A DNA stretch of 32,000 nt from Bacillus subtilis subsp. subtilis str. 168 (GTDB lineage: Bacteria; Bacillota; Bacilli; Bacillales; Bacillaceae), in the NCBI RefSeq assembly GCF_000009045.1, contig NC_000964.3, positions 870,001-902,000 on the forward strand, given 5' to 3'. Shown in pieces: positions 9,002 to 18,142 of this stretch. The notes under the pieces were generated by a model. That model worked only from the letters and a program-made list of their open reading frames with translations. It searched no databases and had not been told where the DNA came from. Numbering within the stretch: position 1 is the first letter of the stretch; the number at the start of each line of letters is the position of its first letter. The translations under genes were made by a program, and so were the position numbers.

Positions 9002-10003
9002 ATGAAATTGTTAAAACGAGAAGGCTTGTCATTAACTGAGGAAAAAGCGCTGTGGATGTACCAAAAGATGCTGGAGATCAGGGGCTTTGAAGACAAAGTG
9101 CATGAACTGTTCGCCCAGGGAGTGCTTCCCGGATTCGTTCATTTATATGCCGGTGAGGAAGCCGTGGCTGTAGGGGTGTGCGCTCATTTACATGATGGCG
9201 ACAGCATTACAAGCACCCACAGGGGACATGGACATTGTATCGCCAAAGGCTGTGACCTGGACGGCATGATGGCGGAAATTTTCGGGAAAGCGACCGGATT
9301 GTGCAAAGGCAAGGGCGGTTCTATGCACATTGCGGATCTTGATAAAGGCATGTTAGGCGCAAATGGAATCGTCGGGGGCGGCTTTACGCTCGCATGCGGA
9401 TCAGCGCTCACGGCTAAATATAAACAGACTAAAAATGTAAGCGTTTGCTTTTTCGGGGACGGGGCAAATAACCAAGGTACCTTCCACGAAGGGCTGAATT
9501 TAGCGGCTGTATGGAACCTTCCTGTCGTATTTGTTGCTGAAAACAACGGCTATGGCGAAGCTACCCCATTTGAGTACGCATCAGCCTGTGATTCAATCGC
9601 CGATCGGGCGGCTGCTTATAACATGCCGGGGGTTACAGTTGACGGCAAAGATATTTTAGCAGTTTACCAGGCAGCCGAGGAAGCGATAGAAAGAGCAAGA
9701 AACGGCGGCGGCCCGTCTTTGATTGAATGTATGACCTACAGAAACTACGGCCATTTCGAAGGAGATGCCCAAACCTATAAAACGAAGGATGAAAGAGTTG
9801 AGCACCTTGAAGAAAAAGATGCCATTCAAGGTTTTAAAAACTACCTTTTAAAAGAAACAGATGCTAATAAGCTGTCAGACATTGAACAGCGTGTCAGCGA
9901 ATCGATTGAAAAAGCCGTCTCGTTCAGCGAAGACAGCCCATATCCAAAAGATTCGGAGCTGCTGACAGATGTGTATGTGTCATATGAAAAAGGAGGAATG
10001 TAA
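9002..10003 (+). CDS. acoA: Acetoin dehydrogenase complex E1 alpha subunit (TPP-dependent)
   Basis: GHGHCIAKG and GDGANNQGTFHEGLNLAAVWNLPVVFVAENN TPP-binding motifs; operon context. Confidence 0.96.
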   Translation: MKLLKREGLSLTEEKALWMYQKMLEIRGFEDKVHELFAQGVLPGFVHLYAGEEAVAVGVCAHLHDGDSITSTHRGHGHCIAKGCDLDGMMAEIFGKATGLCKGKGGSMHIADLDKGMLGANGIVGGGFTLACGSALTAKYKQTKNVSVCFFGDGANNQGTFHEGLNLAAVWNLPVVFVAENNGYGEATPFEYASACDSIADRAAAYNMPGVTVDGKDILAVYQAAEEAIERARNGGGPSLIECMTYRNYGHFEGDAQTYKTKDERVEHLEEKDAIQGFKNYLLKETDANKLSDIEQRVSESIEKAVSFSEDSPYPKDSELLTDVYVSYEKGGM

Positions 10004-10006
10004 GAG

Positions 10007-11035
10007 ATGGCGAGAGTCATAAGCATGTCAGACGCGATCAATGAAGCAATGAAGCTTGCGATGAGAAAAGACGAAAATGTGCTTTTGATCGGTGAGGATG
10101 TCGCCGGGGGAGCGGCGGTCGATCATTTGCAGGATGATGAAGCATGGGGCGGTGTATTAGGGGTCACAAAGGGACTCGTACAGGAATTCGGGCGTACAAG
10201 AGTGCTGGACACTCCGATTTCTGAGGCAGGCTATATGGGAGCGGCTATGGCTGCGGCATCAACCGGTTTGAGACCGATTGCCGAGCTGATGTTTAACGAT
10301 TTTATCGGCACGTGCTTTGATCAGGTGATCAACCAAGGGGCGAAATTCCGTTATATGTTCGGCGGAAAAGCGCAAGTGCCGATTACCGTCCGCACCACAT
10401 ACGGAGCAGGGTTCCGGGCCGCTGCCCAGCATTCACAATCGCTGTATGGCCTTTTCACGAGCATCCCTGGACTGAAGACAGTTGTTCCATCCAATCCGTA
10501 TGATGCCAAAGGTCTTTTGCTTGCAGCAATAGAAGATAATGATCCGGTGTTTTTCTTTGAAGACAAAACGTCCTACAACATGAAGGGCGAGGTGCCGGAA
10601 GATTATTATACAATTCCCCTCGGAAAAGCGGATATCAAACGCGAAGGCAATGATGTTACGCTCTTTGCAGTCGGCAAGCAGGTCAATACTGCGCTTGAAG
10701 CGGCTGCACAGCTTTCAGAGAGGGGCATCGAAGCCGAGGTCCTTGATCCCCGCAGTCTGTCTCCTCTGGATGAGGATGCGATTTTCACATCGTTAGAAAA
10801 AACAAACCGGCTGATCATCATTGATGAAGCCAATCCGCGATGCAGCATTGCCACGGATATTGCTGCGCTTGTCGCTGACAAGGGCTTTGATTTGCTTGAT
10901 GCGCCGATTAAACGGATTACAGCGCCGCATACACCGGTTCCGTTTTCACCAGTGCTTGAAGATCAATATTTGCCGACACCAGATAAAATTGTCAGCGTCA
11001 CGCTTGAATTGCTTGGCGAGCCGGCATTGAATTAA
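10007..11035 (+). CDS. acoB: Acetoin dehydrogenase complex E1 beta subunit
   Basis: Transketolase-like E1 beta; LLIGEDVAGGAAVDHL, EAGYMGAAMAAASTGLRPIAELMFNDF. Confidence 0.96.
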   Translation: MARVISMSDAINEAMKLAMRKDENVLLIGEDVAGGAAVDHLQDDEAWGGVLGVTKGLVQEFGRTRVLDTPISEAGYMGAAMAAASTGLRPIAELMFNDFIGTCFDQVINQGAKFRYMFGGKAQVPITVRTTYGAGFRAAAQHSQSLYGLFTSIPGLKTVVPSNPYDAKGLLLAAIEDNDPVFFFEDKTSYNMKGEVPEDYYTIPLGKADIKREGNDVTLFAVGKQVNTALEAAAQLSERGIEAEVLDPRSLSPLDEDAIFTSLEKTNRLIIIDEANPRCSIATDIAALVADKGFDLLDAPIKRITAPHTPVPFSPVLEDQYLPTPDKIVSVTLELLGEPALN

Positions 11036-11048
11036 AGGGGGGACACAA

Positions 11049-12245
11049 ATGGCGGTAAAAGTAGTGATGCCAAAATTGGGAATGGCCATGAAACAAGGGG
11101 AAGTATCGATATGGAATAAAAAAGTAGGCGACCCGGTTGAAAAGGGAGAAAGCATTGCCAGCATTCAATCGGAGAAAATTGAAATGGAGATCGAAGCGCC
11201 TGAAAAAGGAACGCTGATCGATATCAAAGTGAAAGAGGGAGAAGAGGTTCCGCCCGGCACAGCTATCTGCTATATCGGGGACGCCAATGAGTCGGTGCAG
11301 GAAGAGGCGGGGGCGCCTGTTGCTGAAGACAATATGCCGCAAGCCGTCCAGCCCGTCAAACAAGAAAACAAACCCGCAGCCTCCAAAAAAGATCGAATGA
11401 AAATATCTCCAGTCGCCAGGAAAATAGCAGAAAAAGCAGGATTAGACCTAAAACAACTGAAAGGAACTGGACCAGGCGGACGAATCGTGAAGGATGACGT
11501 AACAAAGGCTCTTGCTGAACAGAAAAAAGATCAAGCAAAGCCTGTTTCGGAGCAGAAAGCGCAGGAAATCCCGGTGACAGGCATGAGAAAGGTCATCGCT
11601 GCCCGAATGCAGGAAAGCCTGGCAAACAGCGCGCAGCTGACGATCACGATGAAAGCTGATATCACCAAGCTTGCCACTCTTCAAAAACAGCTTTCACCAA
11701 CTGCGGAAGAGAGATACGGCACAAAACTGACGATCACTCATTTTGTCTCAAGAGCCGCCGTTCTCGCTCTGCAAGCTCACCCTGTGCTGAACAGCTTTTA
11801 TCAAAATGAGCGCATCATCACACATCCCCATGTGCACCTTGGTATGGCTGTAGCCTTGGAAAATGGCTTAGTGGTGCCTGTCATCCGCCATGCTGAAAAG
11901 CTATCGCTGATTGAACTGGCTCAATCCATCTCAGAAAATGCCAAAAAAGCACGCGAGGGACGTGCGGGAAGCGAAGAACTGCAAGGATCTACTTTCTCCA
12001 TTACAAACCTTGGCGCGTTTGGAGTTGAGCATTTCACACCGATACTAAATCCGCCGGAAACAGGCATTCTCGGCATCGGAGCAAGCTATGACACACCGGT
12101 GTATCAAGGGGAGGAGATCGTCAGAAGCACGATCCTGCCACTCAGCCTGACATTTGATCACAGAGCGTGTGACGGCGCCCCTGCCGCTGCATTCCTGAAG
12201 GCGATGAAAACATATTTGGAAGAACCCGCAGCATTAATTTTATAG
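11049..12245 (+). CDS. acoC: Acetoin dehydrogenase E2 (dihydrolipoamide acetyltransferase)
   Basis: Lipoyl domain (IQSEKIEMEIEAPEKG), E3-binding domain, and catalytic LTFDHRACDGAPAAAFL. Confidence 0.96.
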   Translation: MAVKVVMPKLGMAMKQGEVSIWNKKVGDPVEKGESIASIQSEKIEMEIEAPEKGTLIDIKVKEGEEVPPGTAICYIGDANESVQEEAGAPVAEDNMPQAVQPVKQENKPAASKKDRMKISPVARKIAEKAGLDLKQLKGTGPGGRIVKDDVTKALAEQKKDQAKPVSEQKAQEIPVTGMRKVIAARMQESLANSAQLTITMKADITKLATLQKQLSPTAEERYGTKLTITHFVSRAAVLALQAHPVLNSFYQNERIITHPHVHLGMAVALENGLVVPVIRHAEKLSLIELAQSISENAKKAREGRAGSEELQGSTFSITNLGAFGVEHFTPILNPPETGILGIGASYDTPVYQGEEIVRSTILPLSLTFDHRACDGAPAAAFLKAMKTYLEEPAALIL

Positions 12246-12265
12246 GAAAAGCAGGTGAAAACGAC

Positions 12266-13642
12266 ATGACATTAGCCATTATCGGCGGCGGACCTGCAGG
12301 CTATGCGGCTGCGGTTTCCGCGGCACAGCAGGGCAGAAACGTGCTGCTCATTGACAAAGGCAAGCTTGGGGGGACCTGCCTGAATGAAGGCTGCATCCCG
12401 ACAAAGTCTTTGTTAGAAAGCGCAAACGTTCTTGATAAAATCAAGCATGCCGACAGCTTTGGAATCGAACTTCCGGCAGGTGCGATATCAGTCGATTGGA
12501 GTAAAATGCAAAGCCGAAAACAACAGGTTGTCAGTCAGCTTGTCCAAGGCGTTCAGTACCTAATGAAGAAAAATCAAATACAGGTTGTAAAGGGAACAGC
12601 CTCCTTTCTTTCTGAAAGAAAGCTCTTGATCGAAGGAGAAAACGGAAAAGAAATCAGAGAGGCGGACCAAGTATTGATTGCCTCCGGGTCAGAGCCAATC
12701 GAGCTGCCTTTTGCCCCATTTGACGGCGAATGGATCCTCGACAGCAAAGACGCGCTTTCTCTTTCCGAGATTCCGTCTTCACTAGTCATTGTCGGCGGCG
12801 GTGTCATCGGGTGTGAGTATGCAGGGCTGTTCGCCAGATTGGGATCGCAGGTGACCATCATTGAAACAGCGGACCGGCTGATCCCGGCTGAAGATGAAGA
12901 TATTGCCCGTCTCTTTCAGGAGAAACTTGAGGAAGACGGTGTCGAAGTGCATACTTCATCCAGATTAGGGCGGGTGGATCAAACGGCCAAAACGGCAATA
13001 TGGAAAAGCGGTCAGCGAGAGTTTAAAACGAAGGCCGATTATGTGCTGGTGGCGATCGGCAGAAAACCCCGTCTTGACGGATTGCAGCTGGAACAGGCCG
13101 GAGTTGATTTTTCTCCAAAGGGCATTCCGGTGAATGGGCACATGCAGACGAACGTGCCTCATATTTACGCGTGCGGAGATGCTATAGGGGGCATTCAGCT
13201 CGCGCATGCCGCTTTCCATGAGGGCATCATCGCTGCTTCTCATGCTTCCGGAAGGGATGTCAAAATCAATGAGAAACATGTGCCGCGCTGCATCTATACG
13301 TCCCCGGAAATCGCGTGTATCGGAATGACAGAACGACAGGCAAGAAGCATATACGGGGATGTGAAGATCGGCGAATTTTCATTTTCCGCAAACGGCAAGG
13401 CGCTCATTAAACAGCAAGCGGAAGGAAAGGTCAAAATCATGGCTGAACCGGAATTCGGCGAAATCGTGGGTGTCTCGATGATTGGCCCGGATGTAACCGA
13501 GCTCATCGGCCAAGCGGCAGCGATCATGAATGGTGAGATGACGGCAGATATGGCGGAGCATTTTATCGCCGCCCATCCGACTTTATCGGAAACATTGCAT
13601 GAGGCGCTGTTAAGCACGATCGGCCTTGCGGTACATGCATAA
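12266..13642 (+). CDS. acoL: Acetoin dehydrogenase E3 (dihydrolipoamide dehydrogenase)
   Basis: GGGPAGYAAA, redox-active GGTCLNEGCIPTKSLL, and C-terminal AHPTLSE. Confidence 0.96.
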   Translation: MTLAIIGGGPAGYAAAVSAAQQGRNVLLIDKGKLGGTCLNEGCIPTKSLLESANVLDKIKHADSFGIELPAGAISVDWSKMQSRKQQVVSQLVQGVQYLMKKNQIQVVKGTASFLSERKLLIEGENGKEIREADQVLIASGSEPIELPFAPFDGEWILDSKDALSLSEIPSSLVIVGGGVIGCEYAGLFARLGSQVTIIETADRLIPAEDEDIARLFQEKLEEDGVEVHTSSRLGRVDQTAKTAIWKSGQREFKTKADYVLVAIGRKPRLDGLQLEQAGVDFSPKGIPVNGHMQTNVPHIYACGDAIGGIQLAHAAFHEGIIAASHASGRDVKINEKHVPRCIYTSPEIACIGMTERQARSIYGDVKIGEFSFSANGKALIKQQAEGKVKIMAEPEFGEIVGVSMIGPDVTELIGQAAAIMNGEMTADMAEHFIAAHPTLSETLHEALLSTIGLAVHA

Positions 13643-13651
13643 TAAAGGAAA

Positions 13652-13687
13652 AAGCAGGCGCATGGATATAAGGCGCCTGCTTTTTTA
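13652..13687 (+). terminator. Intrinsic terminator downstream of acoL
   Basis: aagcaggcgc ... gcgcctgctt followed by ttttt. Confidence 0.9.
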
Positions 13688-13690
13688 TTG

Positions 13691-13719
13691 TTGAAAGCGC
13701 TTTATTTTTCCCCTACAAT
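13691..13719 (+). promoter_or_regulatory. Sigma-A promoter of acoR with overlapping catabolite-responsive element (cre)
   Basis: TTGAAA-N17-TACAAT. The cre-like TGAAAGCGCTTTAT (13692-13705, 12/14 to TGWAANCGNTNWCA) overlaps the -35. Confidence 0.8.
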
Positions 13720-13757
13720 AGATGAAAACGGCGTGTAAGGGAGGAGCGATCAAGGAA

Positions 13758-15575
13758 ATGAATTCGGTCCCAAACGATTTGCAAACCTGGAAACGTTTTG
13801 TGAAAGACGGTGTGCTTGACGAAGCCCGATTAAGAAAACGGATTGCAGAGTCATGGCATCGCTGCAAAAAAGCTGAGGTCAATCCTTATTTAGAAAAAGG
13901 CCCGAAGGTTTTACAGCAAACGGAGCTGGATCAGCAGTCAAAAAAACATTCATTCTTCTTGACGACCGCAAAGCCTTACCTCGAAAAACTGCTGCCTGCC
14001 ATAAAAGAAATGGAAATGATGGCGCTGTTAATTGATTCAGACGGTGTTGTTCTGGCATTGGACGGCCATCCGCGCGCGCTCTATGAAGCCAAACGCATCA
14101 ATTTCGTCGAAGGGGCATGCTGGACAGAAACGGCTGTCGGAACAAATGCGATTGGCACGGCGCTCCACATCAGCGAGCCGGTTGCAATACAAGGATCAGA
14201 GCATTACTCTATCGCTTCCCATCTTTGGAACTGTTCAGCTGCTCCGATTCACCATGAGGATGGCAGCCTTGCGGGTGTAATTGACATATCATGCCCGGCG
14301 GCAGGCGCGCATCCTCATATGCTTGGTATTGCCACGGCGATTGCCTATGCCGCTGAACGGGAACTCGCAGCTAAAAGCCGTGAGAAAGAGCTGGAGCTGA
14401 TCAGCCGTTTTGGGGAGAGAGCTGCATCCAGTGTGCCGATGGTGCTCTGTAATACCAAGCAGCACATCATCAGTGCGAGCATGCCGATTCGAACCTCAAT
14501 GCCGGATTGGCAGGGCCGGCACCTGTACGAGTTGAAGGAACGGGGCTATTCAATCGAAAATGCTGTCACCATAGGAGATGGCGGCACTTGTTTTTATCTT
14601 TCGGAACAAAAGAAAAAGAAGGCGTTTCGATTCAATGGAGTGATCGGGCAAAGCGGCCGATCGCAAGCGATGCTGATGCACCTTGAACGAGCAGCTGCGA
14701 CGGATGCATCGGTCTGTTTGTCGGGTGAAACGGGTACGGGGAAGGAGGTCGCGGCTCGCGCGCTTCATGAGAACAGTGAGAGACGGCACGGTCCGTTTGT
14801 TGCTGTCAATTGCGGAGCGATTCCGTCTGATTTGATTGAAAGCGAACTGTTCGGATATGCAGAGGGCGCTTTTACGGGAGCGAAACGAAATGGCTATAAA
14901 GGCGCCTTTCAAAAAGCGAATCAAGGCACATTATTTTTAGATGAAATCGGAGAAATTTCCCACTCGATGCAGGTTGCACTTTTACGGGTGCTTCAGGAAC
15001 GCAAGATAACGCCAATCGGCGGGACGAAAGAAATTCCGGTTGATATCAGAGTTATTGCCGCCACACATTGTGATTTACGCGAGCTTGCCGAAAACGGAAA
15101 AATCAGAGAGGACTTGTTTTACCGTCTTCATGTCTATCCAATTGAACTCCCTCCATTACGCGATCGCACCGAGGATATCCCGGATCTCTTTGAGTACTAC
15201 AAACAGAAGAATCATTGGCCAGGCGATCTTCCTTCTGATTTTTGTAATGTGCTGAAGCAATGGAAGTGGCCGGGGAATATCCGCGAGCTGTTTAATGTGT
15301 TTGAACGTCTTTCTATCAGATTTCCGGACGGCCGGCTGAGAGATGAATCGCTTCCCGCTTTACTGGAAGCCGCTGGATTGCCGGCCAGCTCTGCAGAAAA
15401 AAAGCCGGCTGCTGCCGGCGTGCTTACTTTTCGTGAGCAAATCCAAAAGGATATGATGATCAAAGCGCTTGAATCTGCAAAAGGAAACGTCTCTCAAGCC
15501 GCAAAAATCAGCGGGATCCCCCGAAGCACTTTCTACAAACGCCTGAAAAAATTCAACTTGTCCGCTGAATCATAA
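13758..15575 (+). CDS. acoR: Sigma-54-dependent transcriptional activator of the acetoin operon
   Basis: [11 protein letters not shown] Walker [10 protein letters not shown] sigma-54 contact loop, and C-terminal Fis-type HTH ([24 protein letters not shown]). Confidence 0.96.
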   Translation: MNSVPNDLQTWKRFVKDGVLDEARLRKRIAESWHRCKKAEVNPYLEKGPKVLQQTELDQQSKKHSFFLTTAKPYLEKLLPAIKEMEMMALLIDSDGVVLALDGHPRALYEAKRINFVEGACWTETAVGTNAIGTALHISEPVAIQGSEHYSIASHLWNCSAAPIHHEDGSLAGVIDISCPAAGAHPHMLGIATAIAYAAERELAAKSREKELELISRFGERAASSVPMVLCNTKQHIISASMPIRTSMPDWQGRHLYELKERGYSIENAVTIGDGGTCFYLSEQKKKKAFRFNGVIGQSGRSQAMLMHLERAAATDASVCLSGETGTGKEVAARALHENSERRHGPFVAVNCGAIPSDLIESELFGYAEGAFTGAKRNGYKGAFQKANQGTLFLDEIGEISHSMQVALLRVLQERKITPIGGTKEIPVDIRVIAATHCDLRELAENGKIREDLFYRLHVYPIELPPLRDRTEDIPDLFEYYKQKNHWPGDLPSDFCNVLKQWKWPGNIRELFNVFERLSIRFPDGRLRDESLPALLEAAGLPASSAEKKPAAAGVLTFREQIQKDMMIKALESAKGNVSQAAKISGIPRSTFYKRLKKFNLSAES

Positions 15576-15628
15576 AGCATACTTCCTTCAGGAAATGGAA
15601 ACGTTATGTATTGAAGGAGGGTGTTACG

Positions 15629-15808
15629 ATGAATATTCAAAGGGCGAAAGAAATTGTAGAATCTCCCGACATGAAGAAAGTAACATATAACGGCGTTCCT
15701 ATTTACATTCAGCACGTAAATGAAGAAACTGGAACAGCAAGAATTTATCCGCTTGACGAACCGCAAGAGGAGCATGAAGTGCAGCTGAACAGCTTAAAAG
15801 AGGATTAA
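15629..15808 (+). CDS. sspH: Small acid-soluble spore protein H
   Basis: 59 aa, MNIQRAKEIVESPDMKKVTYNGVPIYIQHV; strong SD gaaggaggg. Confidence 0.93.
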   Translation: MNIQRAKEIVESPDMKKVTYNGVPIYIQHVNEETGTARIYPLDEPQEEHEVQLNSLKED

Positions 15809-15813
15809 ACAAA

Positions 15814-15842
15814 AATGGCCCGCTTCATAAGCAGGCCATTTT
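15814..15842. terminator. Bidirectional terminator between sspH and yfjF
   Basis: aatggcc-cgctt-cata-agca-ggccatt, flanked by AAAAA and TTTT. Confidence 0.85.
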
Positions 15843-15843
15843 G

Positions 15844-16179
15844 TTATCCGCGCGGCGCAAATAAAATAACACAGACACCGATGAGACAAATGAATGCGCC
15901 GATCCAGTCATACAGATCAGGTGTTTTCCGGTCAACAAGCCATCCCCACAGGACCGCAAGCACGATGAATACTCCGCCATAAGCGGCGTATACACGGCCG
16001 AAAGATGGGAAGGACTGAAACGTCGGAAGAATGCCGTATACAATGAGGATCAGCGCCCCGGCGATTCCGTAGCCAGCTGGCTTTGCCTCTCTCAGCCATA
16101 GCCAAACCAGATATCCGCCGCCAATTTCAGCAAGCCCTGCCGCGAGAAATAAAAGAATGGTAATCAGCATCATGAGCAC
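15844..16179 (-). CDS. yfjF: UPF0060 family small membrane protein
   Basis: 111-aa, four-TM protein; [22 protein letters not shown] and [26 protein letters not shown] are UPF0060 signatures. Confidence 0.9.
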   Translation of the reverse strand: MLMMLITILLFLAAGLAEIGGGYLVWLWLREAKPAGYGIAGALILIVYGILPTFQSFPSFGRVYAAYGGVFIVLAVLWGWLVDRKTPDLYDWIGAFICLIGVCVILFAPRG

Positions 16180-16222
16180 TCCTCAATTTGCATTTATCTT
16201 TCATTATAGAGGAGGAGAGCTT

Positions 16223-16765
16223 TTAAAGCTTCGGATGATTCTCAAATTCCTTCAAATACGCTTTTCGCTGAACCTCTGTAAATTGGCTGATCCAATTGTT
16301 TTGAGCCTCTTCATTCAAATGGGGAAGGATATAGCGTTCAACCGCTTCGAAAAACAGCGGATTCGTGATGATGTTCCAGGTCGGGATTCGAACGATTTTG
16401 CCGTCTGTTTTCTCGATGATAATATCCTCAAAAAAGATCCCTTTCAAACTGTATTGATGGCGTCCCATATAAAGCCGCTTCACCTCGGAAAACAGCACGC
16501 TGCGCTTTCTCAAGAAGATTTCGCCACTAGGTCCGGTCTTTATGGTGAAAATGACATTTCCACGGCTTGTGAACGCAGGAAAAGCCATAAAGAATGTGAT
16601 CAATCCATAAATCATCGCCAGTAATCCGCCGCCCAAATAAAGCAGGGCATATTTAGATTCAAACGTGAGGGCTTCAGACACCAGCCAGACTCCCACAATA
16701 AAGGCGCCCCCTGTAGCGAGGAACAGCCAAGCCCTTAGAAACATCATGCTTTTTACTTCAATCAT
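16223..16765 (-). CDS. yfjE: Two-TM membrane protein, YfjD paralog (DUF5381-like)
   Basis: N-terminal hydrophobic hairpin followed by a domain nearly identical at its C-terminus to the adjacent YfjD. Confidence 0.8.
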   Translation of the reverse strand: MIEVKSMMFLRAWLFLATGGAFIVGVWLVSEALTFESKYALLYLGGGLLAMIYGLITFFMAFPAFTSRGNVIFTIKTGPSGEIFLRKRSVLFSEVKRLYMGRHQYSLKGIFFEDIIIEKTDGKIVRIPTWNIITNPLFFEAVERYILPHLNEEAQNNWISQFTEVQRKAYLKEFENHPKL

Positions 16766-16774
16766 GTGCTGCCC

Positions 16775-17332
16775 CTAAAGCTTCGGATGATTCTCAAATT
16801 CCTTCAAATACGCACTGCGTTGGATGTCTGTAAACTGTCCGATCCAATTGCTTTTCGCCTCTTCATTCAGATGTGGAAGGATATAGCGTTCAACCGCTTC
16901 GAAAAACAACGGATTCGGAATGATGTTCCAAGTGGGAATGCGAATGGTCTTCTGATCCACGGTTTGGATCAATATATCTTCTTGGAAGATTCCTTTTAGA
17001 CTAAATTTATGGCGGCTCATCTCAATTTTCTTGATATCAGTAAACGTAACAGACACTTTGTCAGTGAACACTTCTCCATTTTTTCCTGTCTTGATGCGGA
17101 AAATGGTATTTCCCCGCGGGGTGAAAGCCGGAAAGAAGATGATAAATAAATATAAACAAAACAAGGTGAACAGAAAGCCAGCAGGAATGGCTAATAGGTA
17201 ATATTTCGTTTGAAACGTAATACCCATATAAAAGAGCCACAAACATGCTAATCCCATACCGGCAGATCCGACAAAAGCCCATATTCTCAGGAACATTTTG
17301 CTTTTGACTTCAATGATTTCTTGGTTTTTCAA
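16775..17332 (-). CDS. yfjD: Two-TM membrane protein, YfjE paralog (DUF5381-like)
   Basis: Shares the C-terminus FEAVERYILPHLNEEA.(N)W/SNWIGQFTDIQRSAYLKEFENHPKL with YfjE; operon context. Confidence 0.8.
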   Translation of the reverse strand: MKNQEIIEVKSKMFLRIWAFVGSAGMGLACLWLFYMGITFQTKYYLLAIPAGFLFTLFCLYLFIIFFPAFTPRGNTIFRIKTGKNGEVFTDKVSVTFTDIKKIEMSRHKFSLKGIFQEDILIQTVDQKTIRIPTWNIIPNPLFFEAVERYILPHLNEEAKSNWIGQFTDIQRSAYLKEFENHPKL

Positions 17333-17363
17333 TGCTTTTCTCCTTTTGTTAATTCAATTCTTA

Positions 17364-18131
17364 TCATTTTGAAATGATTTGATTTACAACATCCTTATGA
17401 GCAGGGAGGATAGAAAATTCATTCTGGGTGATGCCTGTGACAAGCCAAGTATGGTGGGCCCCCGGCAGGACGAATGCCATGTCAGCCACTTCAGGAGTGT
17501 TATCTTTTCCATATGCCAGACGCATAAGTGTATCCATTTTCCCTTTCCGCAAAGCCAGATCATTTGCAAATCGGGTAACGTCCTCTTGGTGGTCATGTTT
17601 TTCAAGGAACTCTTTTAGATATGAAGGGTTGTCTGAAGCGCCCTCCAAGAGTTTTTCAAATTCATTTGATGTCAATGTTACAATCGATTCTCTTTTATCC
17701 TCTGTATCTATTATATGTAAAAACTCATCTGTCTTAGCAAGTAACCCTTCACTTGATTCCATTTTTGTAATGCGATGGACTTGTTCATCAAAAAGGAGTT
17801 CGTGAGAGTAGGTGCCGAATTTTGATACATGGCATGACACATTCTGTTCGGCACCTTGCCCGTTAAATTTAGAAAGCTTCACTGTATAGTCAGCGTCGTT
17901 TAATACATGGATAAACGGACAGTACTCGTCCTTTAACCGATATTGATGGTTCCGATATTCCGCTGCATCCTTGGCTAAGAGTGAGCGGCACGCGGCTTCA
18001 AATAAGGCGCCGAGCTGTTCATCTTCTATTTCCGGAAAATAGGCCTGCTTCAAGGCCATTCCCTGTTCAAAAAACCCTTCGCTGTAAAAGCAAAACAAGA
18101 GTTCTTCTATGCTAATTGTAAACTGCTTCAT
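17364..18131 (-). CDS. yfjC: Conserved hypothetical protein encoded next to the WXG100-like protein
   Basis: 255-aa soluble protein with no TM segment, 11 bp downstream of yfjB. Confidence 0.78.
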   Translation of the reverse strand: MKQFTISIEELLFCFYSEGFFEQGMALKQAYFPEIEDEQLGALFEAACRSLLAKDAAEYRNHQYRLKDEYCPFIHVLNDADYTVKLSKFNGQGAEQNVSCHVSKFGTYSHELLFDEQVHRITKMESSEGLLAKTDEFLHIIDTEDKRESIVTLTSNEFEKLLEGASDNPSYLKEFLEKHDHQEDVTRFANDLALRKGKMDTLMRLAYGKDNTPEVADMAFVLPGAHHTWLVTGITQNEFSILPAHKDVVNQIISK

Positions 18132-18142
18132 TGTTTATTCTC

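Noticed and set aside
10966-11363. ORFs 10998..11363 (-) and 10946..11164 (-) overlapping the acoB/acoC junction
   Set aside because: Antisense to conserved E1 beta and E2 lipoyl-domain coding sequence; no independent evidence of coding.
17379-17805. Plus-strand ORFs antisense to yfjC
   Set aside because: Three overlapping antisense frames within a coding gene in an operon. Without transcript data these are shadow ORFs.
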